Below, one piece after another: positions 37,732 to 48,831 of a stretch of 64,000 nucleotides of DNA. The notes below the pieces were generated by a model. The model saw only the letters and a program-made list of their open reading frames with translations, was not told the DNA's origin and searched no databases. A program made the position numbers and the translations under genes. Origin of the DNA: Actinomycetota bacterium (lineage in GTDB: Bacteria > Actinomycetota > Actinomycetes > S36-B12 > UBA5976); assembly GCA_046048135.1 (NCBI GenBank), contig JBJOGR010000050.1, positions 4,180-68,179 on the forward strand. Reading direction: 5' to 3'. How positions within the stretch are numbered: the stretch's first letter is position 1; each line of letters opens with the position of its first letter.

Positions 37732-39024
37732 ATGAAAAATGACAATCGTCCAATACGTATTGCCTTAATTGGGGCAGGAACTGTTGGTTCAAAAGTAGCC
37801 TCTTTGCTTATCGATCAAGCAGAAGATTTGAAAGCAAGAAGTGGCGCTCCTTTAGAACTAGTTGGCGTTGGAGTTAAAGATTCATCCAAACCAAGACCGG
37901 GTATTCCAAAAGAATTAATCACCAACAATATTTCTGAATTGATTGCTAAAGATATAGATATTTTAGTTGAAGTTATGGGTGGTATCGAACCAGCCAGAAC
38001 ACATATTTTGGATGCAATGTCTCGTGGCATAAGTGTTGTAACTGCTAATAAAGAATTACTGGCAAAAGATGGCGCAACCTTGTATGCCGCTGCTGAAAAA
38101 AATAATGTTGATCTTTATTTTGAAGCAAGTGTTGCTGGAGCAATACCTTTATTAAGACCTTTAAGAGAATCCTTAGTTGGAGACAAGGTTTTAAAAGTTT
38201 TAGGAATTGTTAATGGAACAACAAATTATATTTTGACAAAAATGGATGAGACTGGAGCAAGTTTTAAAGACGCATTACAAGAGGCTCAAAAACTTGGTTA
38301 TGCAGAAGCAGATCCAACTGCAGATGTAGAAGGTCTTGACGCAGCAGCAAAGGCAGCAATTTTGGCTCAACTTGCATTTCATACTCGAGTAACAATTGAT
38401 GATGTATTTGTTGAAGGCATTACTAAAGTTTCTGCAAATGATGTTTTGGCTGCAAAAGAAATGGGTTATGTAATTAAATTATTGGCAATTTCAGAAAGAC
38501 TTGATGATGATTCTGTTGTAGTTAGAGTTCATCCTGCAATGATTCCTAGAAGTCATCCGCTTGCAAGTGTGAGAGAAGCTTTCAATGCAGTCTTTGTAGT
38601 TGCAGAAGCTGCAGGATCTTTAATGTTTTATGGACAAGGTGCAGGAGGTGCACCGACAGCATCTGCAGTTTTGGGTGATGTCGTTGCTGTTGCAAGAAAC
38701 AAAATGAGTGGCAATCGTGGACCTGGCGAAAGTATTTATGCTGATCTAGAAATCAAACCAATTGGTCAAGCCCAAACTAGTTACTACATTTCTCTTCAAG
38801 TCGCCGATAAACCAGGTGTATTAGCTCAAATTAGTCAAAAAATTGCTGATCACAATGTTTCTATTGAAACAGTTCGACAAGATGGTTTAGTAAATGATGC
38901 TCAATTGGTAATAAAAACACATAAAGCATTAGAAAAAGATTTGGCAAAAACCTTGGAAGAATTGAAAAATCTTGACTCAGTTAAAGAAATTTCTGATTAC
39001 ATGAGAGTAGAAGGCGAAAACTAG
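37732..39024 (+). CDS. hom: Homoserine dehydrogenase with C-terminal ACT domain
   Basis: Contains [22 protein letters not shown] and [10 protein letters not shown], plus a C-terminal ACT-like segment. Confidence 0.95.
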   Translation: MKNDNRPIRIALIGAGTVGSKVASLLIDQAEDLKARSGAPLELVGVGVKDSSKPRPGIPKELITNNISELIAKDIDILVEVMGGIEPARTHILDAMSRGISVVTANKELLAKDGATLYAAAEKNNVDLYFEASVAGAIPLLRPLRESLVGDKVLKVLGIVNGTTNYILTKMDETGASFKDALQEAQKLGYAEADPTADVEGLDAAAKAAILAQLAFHTRVTIDDVFVEGITKVSANDVLAAKEMGYVIKLLAISERLDDDSVVVRVHPAMIPRSHPLASVREAFNAVFVVAEAAGSLMFYGQGAGGAPTASAVLGDVVAVARNKMSGNRGPGESIYADLEIKPIGQAQTSYYISLQVADKPGVLAQISQKIADHNVSIETVRQDGLVNDAQLVIKTHKALEKDLAKTLEELKNLDSVKEISDYMRVEGEN

Positions 39025-39028
39025 TTTT

Positions 39029-40099
39029 ATGTCAATGACAACAACTACACATCAATGGCGTGGAGTTATTGAAGAATATAAAAATCGTCTTCCGATAAAT
39101 TCCAAAACTCCGATTGTTACTTTGGGAGAAGGTGGAACTCCACTTGTTTATGCCTGCACTTTAAGTGAAATGTTAAACAATCAAGTTTATTTAAAAGTTG
39201 AAGGTATGAATCCAACTGGATCTTTCAAAGATCGTGGCATGACTGTTGCAATTTCTAAGGCTGCTGAAAATGGAGCAAAAGCTGTTATTTGTGCTTCCAC
39301 TGGAAATACTTCAGCATCTGCAACTGCTTATGCAGTTAAAGCGGGAATGACTAGTGCAGTTTTAATTCCCGATGGGAAAATTGCGATGGGAAAACTTGCT
39401 CAAGCGATAGTGCATGGGGCTAAAGTTTTACAAGTTCAAGGTAATTTTGATGATTGTTTAGTTTTAGCAAAAGATTTAGCAGAAAATTATCCAGTTGCTT
39501 TAGTTAACTCTGTTAATCCTGATCGTATTGAAGGACAAAAAACTGCTTCATTTGAAGTAGTAGATCGATTAGGTGATGCTCCAGATTTACACGTGCTGCC
39601 AGTTGGAAATGCAGGAAATATAACTGCATATTGGAAAGGTTATGTTGAATATAAAAATGATTCACTTACTTCGAAGCTTCCACAAATGTGGGGATTTCAA
39701 GCAGCAGGAGCTTCGCCAATAGTTGATGGAAAAATTGTTGAAAAACCAGAAACAATAGCAACTGCAATTCGAATCGGAAACCCTGCTTCGTGGCAACAAG
39801 CATTAAATGCAAAAGATGAATCAAAAGGAAGAATTGACAAAGTAACAGATGAACAAATCTTAAGTAGTTATCATCTTTTGGCTGAAAAAGAAGGGGTTTT
39901 TGTTGAACCGTCTTCTGCTGCAGGAGTTGCGGGGTTACTTATGTTAAAAGAAAAAAATGAATTACCAAAAGACAAAGTTATAGTTATAACAGTGACTGGA
40001 AATGGCTTAAAAGATCCACACTGGGCATTAGAAGGTGCAAAAGATCCAATCAAAGTTTCTGTTGACGCAAAATCTGCAGCGAGTGCTTTAGGATTTTAA
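39029..40099 (+). CDS. thrC: Threonine synthase
   Basis: Has the PLP lysine motif [20 protein letters not shown] and [13 protein letters not shown]. Confidence 0.95.
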   Translation: MSMTTTTHQWRGVIEEYKNRLPINSKTPIVTLGEGGTPLVYACTLSEMLNNQVYLKVEGMNPTGSFKDRGMTVAISKAAENGAKAVICASTGNTSASATAYAVKAGMTSAVLIPDGKIAMGKLAQAIVHGAKVLQVQGNFDDCLVLAKDLAENYPVALVNSVNPDRIEGQKTASFEVVDRLGDAPDLHVLPVGNAGNITAYWKGYVEYKNDSLTSKLPQMWGFQAAGASPIVDGKIVEKPETIATAIRIGNPASWQQALNAKDESKGRIDKVTDEQILSSYHLLAEKEGVFVEPSSAAGVAGLLMLKEKNELPKDKVIVITVTGNGLKDPHWALEGAKDPIKVSVDAKSAASALGF

Positions 40100-41002
40100 A
40101 TGAGTAAATTTTCAGGTGCAGTTCGAGTGGTAGTTCCTGCAACAAGTGCAAATTTAGGTTCCGGTTTTGACTCTTTAGGAATTGCTCTTTCTTTATTTGA
40201 TGAATTAGAAGCATCATTTACAGATAAACCTGGCGTCTTAGTAGATGTTGACGGTGAAGGTAGAAATTCTTTACCAAGGGATGAAAATCATTTAATTGCA
40301 AATGTGATGTTAAAAACTTTTTCTTATCTTTCAGTGCCAGTAAGTGGTCTTTATTTGCGTTGTATTAATCGCATTCCACATGGCAGAGGTCTAGGTTCTT
40401 CTGCTGCTGCAATAACTGCTGCAGTCGTTGCAGCAAGAGCATTAGCTGGAACTCAAGGAACCAGAATGGATGATGCAGGTGCTTTAGAACTTGCAAGTGC
40501 AATTGAAGGTCATCCAGATAATTTGGCAGCTTGTTTACATGGAGGATTTACTGTTTCTTGGATCGATGAAAATTCTTTAGCTAAAGCTATAAAATTAACT
40601 CCGCATCCTTCAATCATTCCTGTTGTATTTATTCCAAAATTTATTGTTGATACAGAACAGGCAAGAGCTTTATTACCAACTCATGTACCCCATAAAGATG
40701 CTGCATTTAATTTATCCAGAAGTGCACTATTAGTGCATGCAATAAGTCAAGAGCCAGAATATTTATACGAAGCAACAGCTGATCGAATTCATCAGGAATA
40801 TAGAAGACCAGCCATGCAATCTTCAACTGCATTAGTTACACAATTAAGAAATAAGAAACATGCTGCTTTTATTTCAGGTTCTGGTCCAAGTGTTTGTGTT
40901 TTAACAAATTCAACAAATTTGGAAGAAGTTTTATCGATGGTCTCGGATGAATTTGAAGTTCAACAATTAACCTTTTCACCATCTGGTGCCAGTATCTCCT
41001 AA
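40100..41002 (+). CDS. thrB: Homoserine kinase
   Basis: Has the GHMP kinase motif PHGRGLGSSAAA and the N-terminal VPATSANLGSGFD. Confidence 0.95.
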   Translation: MSKFSGAVRVVVPATSANLGSGFDSLGIALSLFDELEASFTDKPGVLVDVDGEGRNSLPRDENHLIANVMLKTFSYLSVPVSGLYLRCINRIPHGRGLGSSAAAITAAVVAARALAGTQGTRMDDAGALELASAIEGHPDNLAACLHGGFTVSWIDENSLAKAIKLTPHPSIIPVVFIPKFIVDTEQARALLPTHVPHKDAAFNLSRSALLVHAISQEPEYLYEATADRIHQEYRRPAMQSSTALVTQLRNKKHAAFISGSGPSVCVLTNSTNLEEVLSMVSDEFEVQQLTFSPSGASIS

Positions 41003-41196
41003 AGAAACTATCCCCAAGGCTAGATACCAGGGCTCAAACCTGCTATTCTTTTAGTTGTCCGGCCGATATTGGCCAAAGATGGCAAATCATAAAACAATAG
41101 CTAACTTTAAAAACCAAAATAAACAGGTCCGGATCTCTCATAAGAATCCTTCGTGGTTAATTTTTGTGAAAGAAATTGAAAGGAAACATTTTCAAG

Positions 41197-42762
41197 GTGA
41201 CTGACACCTCATCAATGCTCTTGCCTGAATTAAGGCAAGTTGCTGCTGGCTTAGGAATTCCTGATTCTGCAACTATGCGAAAAAGTGAATTGATTGAAGC
41301 TATAGAACAACACGGAAACGGTGGAAAGAAAAATATGACAACTTCTGACATTCCAGAAGACGATGTAATTGAAGAATATAGAGAAGAAGTAGAAGTAAGA
41401 GCACCACGCGAAGATCGCGAAGATGATCGCTCATTTAATAGAGAAGAAAGAAATTACTCAAGAGAAGATCGAGGCTTTAGAAGAAACGACCGTAACGATC
41501 GAACAGACAGAATTGATCGCAATGATCGTGGAGATCGAAATGATCGTAATGGCAGAAGTAGATTCAGAGATCGCGGAAATAGAAGAGAACGCGAAGACTA
41601 TGAAATTAAAGAAGACGATGTATTACTGCCAGTTGCAGGAATTATTGATTTATTAGAAAACTATGCCTTCGTTAGAACTTCAGGTTATTTACCGGGACCA
41701 AACGATGTTTATGTTTCTATGGGCTTAGTTCGCAAATATGGTTTACGTAAAGGTGATGCCGTAACAGGTTCAATTCGCCAACCAAAAGAAGGCGAACAAA
41801 GACAAAAATTTAATCCTTTAGTAAGAGTTGAAACGATTAATGGTTTAACTCCAGAAGAATCAGCAAAGAGATTAGATTTTTCAAAACTTACTCCGCTATA
41901 TCCGCAAGAAAGATTGAGATTAGAAACAGATCCATCAAACTTAACTACCAGAGTAATTGATTTAGTTGCTCCAATTGGTAAAGGTCAACGTGGGTTAATT
42001 GTTTCTCCTCCAAAAGCAGGTAAAACCATGGTTTTACAAGCAATTGCAAATGCGATAACTACAAATAATCCAGAAGTTCATTTAATGGTTGTTTTAGTCG
42101 ATGAGCGTCCTGAAGAAGTTACCGATATGCAACGTTCTGTTAAAGGTGAAGTTATTGCTTCAACTTTTGATAGACCAGCAGAAGATCACACCACTGTTGC
42201 AGAACTTTCAATTGAAAGAGCAAAACGTTTAGTGGAAATGGGTCATGATGTTGTGATCTTGCTTGATTCCATGACTCGTTTAGGTCGTGCATATAACTTG
42301 TCAGCTCCAACTTCAGGAAGAATTCTTTCTGGTGGTGTTGATTCAGCTGCACTTTATCCTCCAAAGAAATTCTTTGGTGCTGCTAGAAATATTGAAAATG
42401 GTGGATCTTTAACAATCATTGCTACAGCTTTGGTTGAAACTGGATCACGTATGGATGAAGTTATTTTCGAAGAATTCAAAGGCACTGGAAATATGGAATT
42501 AAAACTTGATCGCAAACTTGCTGATCGAAGAATATTCCCAGCAGTTGATGTTGATGCATCAGGTACAAGAAAAGAAGAGATTCTTTTATCTCAAGATGAG
42601 CTGAAAGTAATTTGGACTCTAAGAAGAGTTCTCCATGCTCTTGAACCACAACAAGCCATCGAGCTACTACTCAACAAGTTGCGTGACACCAAAACCAACT
42701 TTGAGTTCCTCATTCAAGTACAAAAGACCACCCCAACTACTAATGGGGAAGCAACCGAATAA
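41197..42762 (+). CDS. rho: Transcription termination factor Rho with Arg/Asp-rich N-terminal insertion
   Basis: Has the Rho_N helix ([15 protein letters not shown]), a cold-shock-like RNA-binding domain (GFLR-like [10 protein letters not shown]), Walker A PPKAGKT and the Q/R loops. GTG 41197 lies ~9 nt after GAAAGGAAAC. TTG 41176 is the ORF-track alternative. Confidence 0.9.
   Translation: MTDTSSMLLPELRQVAAGLGIPDSATMRKSELIEAIEQHGNGGKKNMTTSDIPEDDVIEEYREEVEVRAPREDREDDRSFNREERNYSREDRGFRRNDRNDRTDRIDRNDRGDRNDRNGRSRFRDRGNRREREDYEIKEDDVLLPVAGIIDLLENYAFVRTSGYLPGPNDVYVSMGLVRKYGLRKGDAVTGSIRQPKEGEQRQKFNPLVRVETINGLTPEESAKRLDFSKLTPLYPQERLRLETDPSNLTTRVIDLVAPIGKGQRGLIVSPPKAGKTMVLQAIANAITTNNPEVHLMVVLVDERPEEVTDMQRSVKGEVIASTFDRPAEDHTTVAELSIERAKRLVEMGHDVVILLDSMTRLGRAYNLSAPTSGRILSGGVDSAALYPPKKFFGAARNIENGGSLTIIATALVETGSRMDEVIFEEFKGTGNMELKLDRKLADRRIFPAVDVDASGTRKEEILLSQDELKVIWTLRRVLHALEPQQAIELLLNKLRDTKTNFEFLIQVQKTTPTTNGEATE
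41485..41556 (+). repeat. Eight in-frame tandem 9-nt units inside rho, encoding (x-Asp-Arg)n
   Basis: aacgaccgt aacgatcga acagacaga attgatcgc aatgatcgt ggagatcga aatgatcgt aatggcaga encodes [24 protein letters not shown]. Confidence 0.85.
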
Positions 42763-42799
42763 GATTTGGTTACCGAAAAGAAATCGGAGAAATGAACAG

Positions 42800-43015
42800 A
42801 TGAAAGCAGAAATTCATCCAGAGTACGTGGAAACAACTGTTACTTGCTCATGCGGTAATACTTTTAAAACACGTAGCACTGTAAAAAATGGACAGATGCA
42901 TGCAGAAATTTGCAATCAATGTCACCCATTTTTTACAGGTAAACAAAAGATTTTGGATACCGCAGGTCGCGTTTCTAAGTTTGAGAAACGTTACGGTAAA
43001 CAAGCAAAAAAATAG
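42800..43015 (+). CDS. rpmE: 50S ribosomal protein L31 (zinc-ribbon type)
   Basis: [22 protein letters not shown]...[10 protein letters not shown] carries both CxxC-type Cys pairs. The SD GGAGA lies 9 nt upstream. The upstream part of the ORF-track ORF (from 42635) overlaps the rho 3' end and is not coding. Confidence 0.9.
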   Translation: MKAEIHPEYVETTVTCSCGNTFKTRSTVKNGQMHAEICNQCHPFFTGKQKILDTAGRVSKFEKRYGKQAKK

Positions 43016-43026
43016 CTTAACTAACT

Positions 43027-43089
43027 AAACGTCGGTCTTTTTAGTTGCAAGAAAATTGCACCTAAAAAATCACCGGCGTTTTGTTTTTT
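43027..43089 (+). terminator. Candidate intrinsic terminator after rpmE (long-range stem plus T-run)
   Basis: AAACGTCGGT (43027-36) pairs with ACCGGCGTTT (43072-81) over 10 bp with one G.U. The ~35-nt loop contains a TGCAA/TTGCA mini-hairpin. TGTTTTTT follows. Confidence 0.4.
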
Positions 43090-43115
43090 AAAAAAGATTA
43101 AAAGGAGGTGAAAAA

Positions 43116-44195
43116 ATGTTTGAAGGTGTAGTAGACCTGGCTGCAGAACTTGTTGATTTAGAGCATCAATTATCTGATCCAAAATTACATAGTGATCAAA
43201 ATAAAGCAAAAGCTGTTGGAAAAAGATTTGCAGAATTAAAGCCGATTGTGGCAACTTGGCGGGAATATCAACAACTTGTTGAAGATCATGCAGCTGCTCT
43301 TGAACTTGCCAATGATGATTCAAGTTTTAAACAAGAAGCTGAAAAAATATCAACCAGAATTGAAGAATTAACTGAGAAATTACAGAAGATGCTTATTCCA
43401 AGAGATCCAATGGATGGAAAAGATGTGATCGTAGAAGTTAAATCAGGTGAAGGCGGAGAAGAGTCTGCACTTTTTGCTGGAGATTTAGTTCGAATGTATT
43501 TAAGGTTTGCTGAGAAAAAAGGATGGAAAGCAGAATTAATTGATGCAGTTGATTCCGATATGGGTGGTTATAAAAATGCATCTATTGCCATAAAAGCAAA
43601 AGGCAATACGGAAATTGGTGATGCACCATTTGCGTGGATGAAACATGAAGGCGGAGTTCATCGAGTGCAAAGAGTTCCAATCACAGAATCACAAGGAAGA
43701 GTTCACACTTCAGCTGCTGGAGTTTTAGTTTTTCCAGAAGCAGAAGAAATAGATGTACAAATTAACAATGAAGATTTAAGAGTCGATGTTTATCGTTCTA
43801 GTGGTCCTGGTGGACAAAGTGTGAACACTACAGATTCTGCTGTAAGAATTACTCACATACCAACTGGAATTGTCGTTTCATGTCAAAATGAAAAAAGTCA
43901 ATTGCAAAATAAAGAAAGTGCTCTAAGAATTTTAAGAGCTAGATTACTTGCCGCAGCTGAAGAAGAAAGAGCAGCAAAAGATGCTGCATCTAGAAAATCA
44001 CAAGTAAGAACAGTTGATAGATCAGAAAGAATCAGAACTTATAACTTTCCAGAAAATCGTTTAACAGATCATAGAACTGGATTTAAATCGCATAACTTAG
44101 ATCAAATTTTAAATGGTGATTTAGGACCAGTTTTACAATCATGTGTAGATCAAGAAATATCTCAAAAGTTAGCGGAGGTTGGAGAAACTAGTTGA
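43116..44195 (+). CDS. prfA: Peptide chain release factor 1
   Basis: Has the GGQ motif ([11 protein letters not shown]) and the RF1-type PxT tripeptide (PIT in [15 protein letters not shown]). The SD is AAAGGAGGTG. Confidence 0.95.
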   Translation: MFEGVVDLAAELVDLEHQLSDPKLHSDQNKAKAVGKRFAELKPIVATWREYQQLVEDHAAALELANDDSSFKQEAEKISTRIEELTEKLQKMLIPRDPMDGKDVIVEVKSGEGGEESALFAGDLVRMYLRFAEKKGWKAELIDAVDSDMGGYKNASIAIKAKGNTEIGDAPFAWMKHEGGVHRVQRVPITESQGRVHTSAAGVLVFPEAEEIDVQINNEDLRVDVYRSSGPGGQSVNTTDSAVRITHIPTGIVVSCQNEKSQLQNKESALRILRARLLAAAEEERAAKDAASRKSQVRTVDRSERIRTYNFPENRLTDHRTGFKSHNLDQILNGDLGPVLQSCVDQEISQKLAEVGETS

Positions 44196-45088
44196 GTAAA
44201 GTAACAAGAAGTGTTCTTGTTGATATCGAATTGCGTCTAAAAAACGCCAATGTTTCAAGCCCTAGATTTGATGCTGAAAGTTTAGTTGCATTTGTTTTAA
44301 ATACTTCTAGAAATAGAGTGGGTTTAATTTCAGAAATTAGTGATGATCAATATAGAGAAATTGAAAAATTAGTTCAAAAAAGAGTTAGAAGAATTCCATT
44401 ACAGCATTTAATCGGGGAACAAGGTTTTAGACATTTAGTGTTGAAAGTTGGACCAGGTGTTTTTATTCCAAGACCTGAAACTGAAATTTTAGTTGAATCA
44501 GTCATTAGATATATAAAGGAAATCAATAAAGAAAAAGTTCTAGTAATTGATTATTGTTCCGGTTCAGGAGCAATTGCTTTGTCAATTGCCAAAGAATGTC
44601 CAAACGTTGAAGTATTTGCAATTGAAAAATCTATAGATGCGTATAAATATTTGGAAAGTAATTACCAAAATTACGAGAAAGAAATAACTGCTCATAATTC
44701 TAAAGTGAATTTAATTAATGCAGATATAAAGGATGAATTAGAAGAATTAACGAACTTAATTGGCAAATTTGATGTGGTGGTTTCTAATCCTCCTTATATT
44801 CCAGACAATATGGTTCCAAAGGAAATTGAAGTTAAAGACCACGATCCTGCAATTGCTCTTTATGGTGGTAAAGATGGACTTGAGATAGTAAGAATTGTGA
44901 TTGATAAATCACAAAAGCTACTCAAAAAAGGTGGCCTTGTGGCAATAGAGCATTCTGATATGCAAGGAAATCCTGATGTTGAATTATCCGTTCCTTACTT
45001 ATTAAAAGAAACAAATTGTTTTGAAAAAGTTGAAGATCGCAAAGATTTGAACGCTTTACCAAGGTATTGCATAGGTTATAAAAAATGA
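44192..45088 (+). CDS. prmC: Release-factor glutamine N5-methyltransferase
   Basis: Has the SAM motif DYCSGSGAI and the catalytic NPPY (VVSNPPYIP). The start overlaps the prfA stop. Confidence 0.9.
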   Translation: MSKVTRSVLVDIELRLKNANVSSPRFDAESLVAFVLNTSRNRVGLISEISDDQYREIEKLVQKRVRRIPLQHLIGEQGFRHLVLKVGPGVFIPRPETEILVESVIRYIKEINKEKVLVIDYCSGSGAIALSIAKECPNVEVFAIEKSIDAYKYLESNYQNYEKEITAHNSKVNLINADIKDELEELTNLIGKFDVVVSNPPYIPDNMVPKEIEVKDHDPAIALYGGKDGLEIVRIVIDKSQKLLKKGGLVAIEHSDMQGNPDVELSVPYLLKETNCFEKVEDRKDLNALPRYCIGYKK

Positions 45089-45732
45089 TTCGTAAATTTG
45101 ATATGCAAAATGAATTTGAAAGAAAAACAGGTTTGGAATCGGCTGCAGCTGCTGCAAGACGTGGAGACTTAGTGGTTTTTCCAACTGACACTGTTTACGG
45201 TTTAGGAACTGACGCATTTTCAAGAGTTGGTCCTGAAAAATTATTAAATGCTAAAGGTCGAGATCGAGATATGCCAATTCCAGTTTTAGTAGGACATGCA
45301 AAAGCATTAGAGGGATTAGCTTTTCAATTAGATTCATTAACAAAATCTCTTGCTGAAGCATTCTGGCCAGGTGGATTAACAATTGTGGTAAAAATGCAAC
45401 CAACCCTTAGTTGGGATTTAGGCGAAACAGATAACACTGTTGCAATTAGAATGCCACTTCATCCTGTTGCAATTGAATTATTAAATGTGGTTGGACCAAT
45501 GGCAGTAAGTAGTGCAAATAAAACTGGACAACCTGCTGCAACAAATGTAGAAGAAGCAATAAATCAGCTACAAGACTCAGTCACTATTTATTTAGATGGT
45601 GGAAATACTCCAGGAAATATTGCATCAACAATTATTGATGTTTCACATAGTGAAAAAAGAATTCTGAGACAAGGTGTTGTTTCTGTTGAGGAAATTCGTC
45701 AAATTGTGCCCGACGTAGTCGTTGTGGCATAG
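45085..45732 (+). CDS. tsaC: L-threonylcarbamoyladenylate synthase (YrdC/Sua5/TsaC family)
   Basis: Has the FPTDTVYGLGTDAF and SSANKTGQP motifs. It has an ATGA overlap with prmC. Confidence 0.85.
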   Translation: MIRKFDMQNEFERKTGLESAAAAARRGDLVVFPTDTVYGLGTDAFSRVGPEKLLNAKGRDRDMPIPVLVGHAKALEGLAFQLDSLTKSLAEAFWPGGLTIVVKMQPTLSWDLGETDNTVAIRMPLHPVAIELLNVVGPMAVSSANKTGQPAATNVEEAINQLQDSVTIYLDGGNTPGNIASTIIDVSHSEKRILRQGVVSVEEIRQIVPDVVVVA

Positions 45733-45767
45733 ACTAAAAGACAAATAAATTAGGGGAGTATTCAAAA

Positions 45768-47030
45768 GTGGCTAATGAAACATTTTGGGGACCAGATTGG
45801 GACCAGTTAGAAAATCAAGATCCAGAAATTGCCTCCCTCTTATTAAAAGAATTAGATAGAGCAAGAAACGGTTTGCAATTAATTGCCAGTGAAAATTTCA
45901 CTTCTCCTGCAGTGTTAGCTGCATTAGGAAGTACTTTCAGTAATAAATACGCAGAAGGTTATCCAGGTAAACGTTATTACGGTGGATGTTCAGTTGTAGA
46001 TGAAGCAGAACTTATAGGTATTGAAAGAGCAAAAAAATTATTTGATGCCGAGCACGCAAATTTACAACCTCATTCTGGAGCAAATGCAAACTTGGCAGTT
46101 TATGGTGCATTTACAAAACCAGGAGACACAGTTTTAGCAATGAGTCTTGCTCAAGGTGGACATTTAACTCATGGTTCTCCTGTTAGTTTTTCTGGTAAAT
46201 GGTTTAACCCAATTGGTTATTCGGTAGATCCAAAAACAGAATTAATTGATTATGACAATGTTAGAGATTTAGCAAAACAACATAAACCAAAAATGATAGT
46301 TGCCGGTGCTACTGCTTATCCTCGTTTAATTGATTTCAAAACGATGCGAGAAATTGCAGATGAAGTTGGTGCAATTTTGTGGGTTGATGCAGCTCACTTC
46401 ATTGGGCTAGTTGCTGGAAAAGCAATTCCTAGCCCTGTGCCTTATGCAGATGTTGTTTCATTTACTACACATAAAGTTTTACGTGGACCACGTGGAGGAA
46501 TGCTTTTAAGTAAAGCAGAGCATGCACAAGCAATTGATAAAGCAGTTTTTCCTATGATGCAAGGTGGTCCTTTAATGCAAGGTGTTGCAGCAAAAGCAGT
46601 TGCATTGAAAGAATGTGCAACTACAGAATTTCAACAGTATGCAAAAAAAGTTATTGAAAATGCTCAAGCACTTTCACAAGGTTTAAAAGATGAAGGAATG
46701 AGACCTGTTAGTGGTGGTACTGATACTCATTTAGTTTTATTAGATATTTCACCGTTGTCTGTAACTGGAAAAGAAGCAGAAAAAAGATGTGATGCTGCAA
46801 AAATAACTTTAAATAAAAATCCAATCCCAAATGATCCACTACCTCCAATGACAGCAAGTGGTATCAGAGTGGGAACTCCTTCAGTTACAACTCAAGGTAT
46901 GGGAATTCCTGAAATGAAGAAAATCTCTTCATACATCGCACGTGCAGTTAAAAGTGATAACGAATTAGATAAAGTTGCACAAGAAGTTAATCAATTGTGT
47001 AAAGCATTTCCTGCTTACAAAAGAGGCTAA
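45768..47030 (+). CDS. glyA: Serine hydroxymethyltransferase
   Basis: Contains LIASENFTSPAV, YAEGYPGKRYYGG and the PLP lysine in TTHKVLRGPRGG. Confidence 0.95.
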   Translation: MANETFWGPDWDQLENQDPEIASLLLKELDRARNGLQLIASENFTSPAVLAALGSTFSNKYAEGYPGKRYYGGCSVVDEAELIGIERAKKLFDAEHANLQPHSGANANLAVYGAFTKPGDTVLAMSLAQGGHLTHGSPVSFSGKWFNPIGYSVDPKTELIDYDNVRDLAKQHKPKMIVAGATAYPRLIDFKTMREIADEVGAILWVDAAHFIGLVAGKAIPSPVPYADVVSFTTHKVLRGPRGGMLLSKAEHAQAIDKAVFPMMQGGPLMQGVAAKAVALKECATTEFQQYAKKVIENAQALSQGLKDEGMRPVSGGTDTHLVLLDISPLSVTGKEAEKRCDAAKITLNKNPIPNDPLPPMTASGIRVGTPSVTTQGMGIPEMKKISSYIARAVKSDNELDKVAQEVNQLCKAFPAYKRG

Positions 47031-47036
47031 TTAATT

Positions 47037-48140
47037 GTGCGTGAGTATTTATTAGTTTTACTTGCAACAGCTTTTATTACTTATTTAACAACTCCCATTG
47101 CTAGATATTTTGCACTGAGATTTGGTTTTATGGCCAAAGTAAGAGATAGAGATGTACACGATAGACCAATCCCAAGACTAGGTGGACTTGCCATGGTGCT
47201 TGGTTTACTTGCAGGTTTATCTTTGGCGTCTCAGTTGCCATTAATAAGTAATGTTTTTAAGGATGGGCAACAAATAAGAGCATTACTTGCAGGTTGCGCA
47301 ATTTTAGTTGTATTAGGTGCCATTGATGACAAATGGTCAATCGATGGTCCAACCAAATTAGCTGGTCAAACTTTAGCTGCAGCAGTTATGGCATCACAAG
47401 GTATTTCACTTATTTGGCTACCATTGCCATTTGTACAAGGAACTTTAAGTTTAGATCCATTAACTGGAGTTTTATTAACTGTTTTAATTGTTTTAATAAC
47501 TGTGAACGCAGTTAACTTTGTTGATGGTTTAGATGGTTTAGCAGCAGGTGTTGTTGGACTTGGTGCGGCAGCATTTTTTGCTTATAGCTATTTATTAAGT
47601 GTGGAATTTGGTTTTTCAAGAGCTACTTTGCCAACTTTAATTTCAGCACTTTTAGTTGGTATAACTTTAGGATTTCTTCCACACAATATGTTTCCTGCTC
47701 GAGTATTTATGGGAGATACCGGATCTATGTTGATTGGATTGATGTTGGCAGCTTGTGCAATTACATTAACTGGACAAACAGATCCAGGAGCTTTAGAACT
47801 TACTTCAGTGTTACCAAGCTTTTTACTTATTCTCTTACCTTTGGCAGTAATTGCAGTTCCTTTGGTTGATCTTGCTTTAGCAGTTTTAAGAAGAACTAGA
47901 AGAGGTGCAAATATTTTCACTCCTGATAAAGAGCACTTACATCACAGACTTTTGGAAAGAGGTCATTCCCATAGAAGAGCTGTAATGCTTATGCATGCAG
48001 GAACTGCGCTTCTTGCTTTTGCAACGGTAAGTACTGCATTTATTCCATTTCTATATTCTTTATCGTTTTTGATTGCAGGACTTTCATCTTTGATTTATTT
48101 TGGAAGAAGACGAGATCCAAAAGTTGTGGGGGCTAATTAA
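47037..48140 (+). CDS. wecA: UDP-GlcNAc:undecaprenyl-phosphate GlcNAc-1-phosphate transferase (WecA/Rfe, MraY-like family)
   Basis: Contains RPIPRLGG, NAVNFVDGLDGLA and FMGDTGSM. About 11 TM helices. Confidence 0.85.
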   Translation: MREYLLVLLATAFITYLTTPIARYFALRFGFMAKVRDRDVHDRPIPRLGGLAMVLGLLAGLSLASQLPLISNVFKDGQQIRALLAGCAILVVLGAIDDKWSIDGPTKLAGQTLAAAVMASQGISLIWLPLPFVQGTLSLDPLTGVLLTVLIVLITVNAVNFVDGLDGLAAGVVGLGAAAFFAYSYLLSVEFGFSRATLPTLISALLVGITLGFLPHNMFPARVFMGDTGSMLIGLMLAACAITLTGQTDPGALELTSVLPSFLLILLPLAVIAVPLVDLALAVLRRTRRGANIFTPDKEHLHHRLLERGHSHRRAVMLMHAGTALLAFATVSTAFIPFLYSLSFLIAGLSSLIYFGRRRDPKVVGAN

Positions 48141-48566
48141 ATGACCACTGAAACAAAAATCATCGTGGCAGGTTTAATTCCAACCACAATAGTAGGAATT
48201 GCATTTTCCATAGGTTCAGCATTTTTCACAGATGCACAAGCAGGCTGGTCTTCTTTGGGTGGAATGTTTTTAACTTTGACATTTTTTATTTTCGGACAAT
48301 ACATAATTGGCAAAGTCCTTTTGACAAGGCCAGAACTTGGTCTTGGTGTTGCCATGTTGGTGTATTTAACCCAATTAATTGTGTTACTAGTGTTAATAAT
48401 GTTACTTAGAGATGCAAGTTGGCTGAATGGACAATACTTTGGCATCGCAATTCTTGCTTGCACACTAGCTTGGACATTTGGCTCAGTTTGGGTGATGGCA
48501 AAACACAAAACTACCGTGATTGAACCGGTCACCCCTGAAGTTTTAAAAAAATTAAAAGACGGCTAA
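48141..48566 (+). CDS. Small 4-TM membrane protein preceding the atp operon (AtpI-like position)
   Basis: 141 aa with four hydrophobic helices. It starts 1 nt after the wecA stop. Its position matches the uncharacterised membrane gene between rfe and atpB in other actinobacteria. Confidence 0.6.
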   Translation: MTTETKIIVAGLIPTTIVGIAFSIGSAFFTDAQAGWSSLGGMFLTLTFFIFGQYIIGKVLLTRPELGLGVAMLVYLTQLIVLLVLIMLLRDASWLNGQYFGIAILACTLAWTFGSVWVMAKHKTTVIEPVTPEVLKKLKDG

Positions 48567-48574
48567 CCTTTTAA

Positions 48575-48796
48575 GTGGTGAGCGAACAGAAAAACTTTCC
48601 AAACCGCAAAACAACCTCAGATGATCCATGGGCAATTGTGGGTCGTCTAATTTCCGGAATATTAATTTACGGAGGATTAGGTTGGTTAATTGGTTCGTGG
48701 TTTAACAAAGTTGAAATGTTTGTTGCTGCTGGATCAATTTTAGGAATTGGTTTAGCACTATATATGACTTACAAGCAATTAAATATGAAGAAGTAA
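48575..48796 (+). CDS. AtpZ/AtpI-family small membrane protein (ATP synthase protein I-like)
   Basis: 73 aa with 2 TM helices (GRLISGILIYGGLGWLIGSWF ... AAGSILGIGLALYMTY), directly upstream of atpB. Confidence 0.6.
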   Translation: MVSEQKNFPNRKTTSDDPWAIVGRLISGILIYGGLGWLIGSWFNKVEMFVAAGSILGIGLALYMTYKQLNMKK

Positions 48797-48831
48797 CGAA
48801 AGGTTTTAATAAATGTTGCCAGAAATGAATA

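Noticed and set aside
41423-41656. 77-aa alternative-frame ORF inside rho ([17 protein letters not shown]...).
   Set aside because: It is an artefact of the periodic GA-rich repeat, which stays open in a second frame. It has no SD and lies fully inside the Rho insertion.
42635-42799. N-terminal 55-aa extension of the rpmE ORF given in the ORF track.
   Set aside because: It overlaps the 3' end of rho in another frame. L31 homology begins exactly at MKAEIHPEY (ATG 42800), which has a GGAGA SD.
43677-43685. The RF1 stop-codon recognition tripeptide reads P-I-T rather than the textbook P-A-T or P-V-T.
   Set aside because: It is a conservative aliphatic substitution at the variable middle position. 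Stop codon usage in the window (TAA, TAG and TGA are all used) gives no hint of altered decoding.
48137-48532. 131-aa minus-strand ORF competing with the 141-aa + strand ORF upstream of the atp operon.
   Set aside because: The + strand product forms four clean hydrophobic helices and continues the wecA-atp transcription direction, starting 1 nt after the wecA stop. The minus product has no such features.
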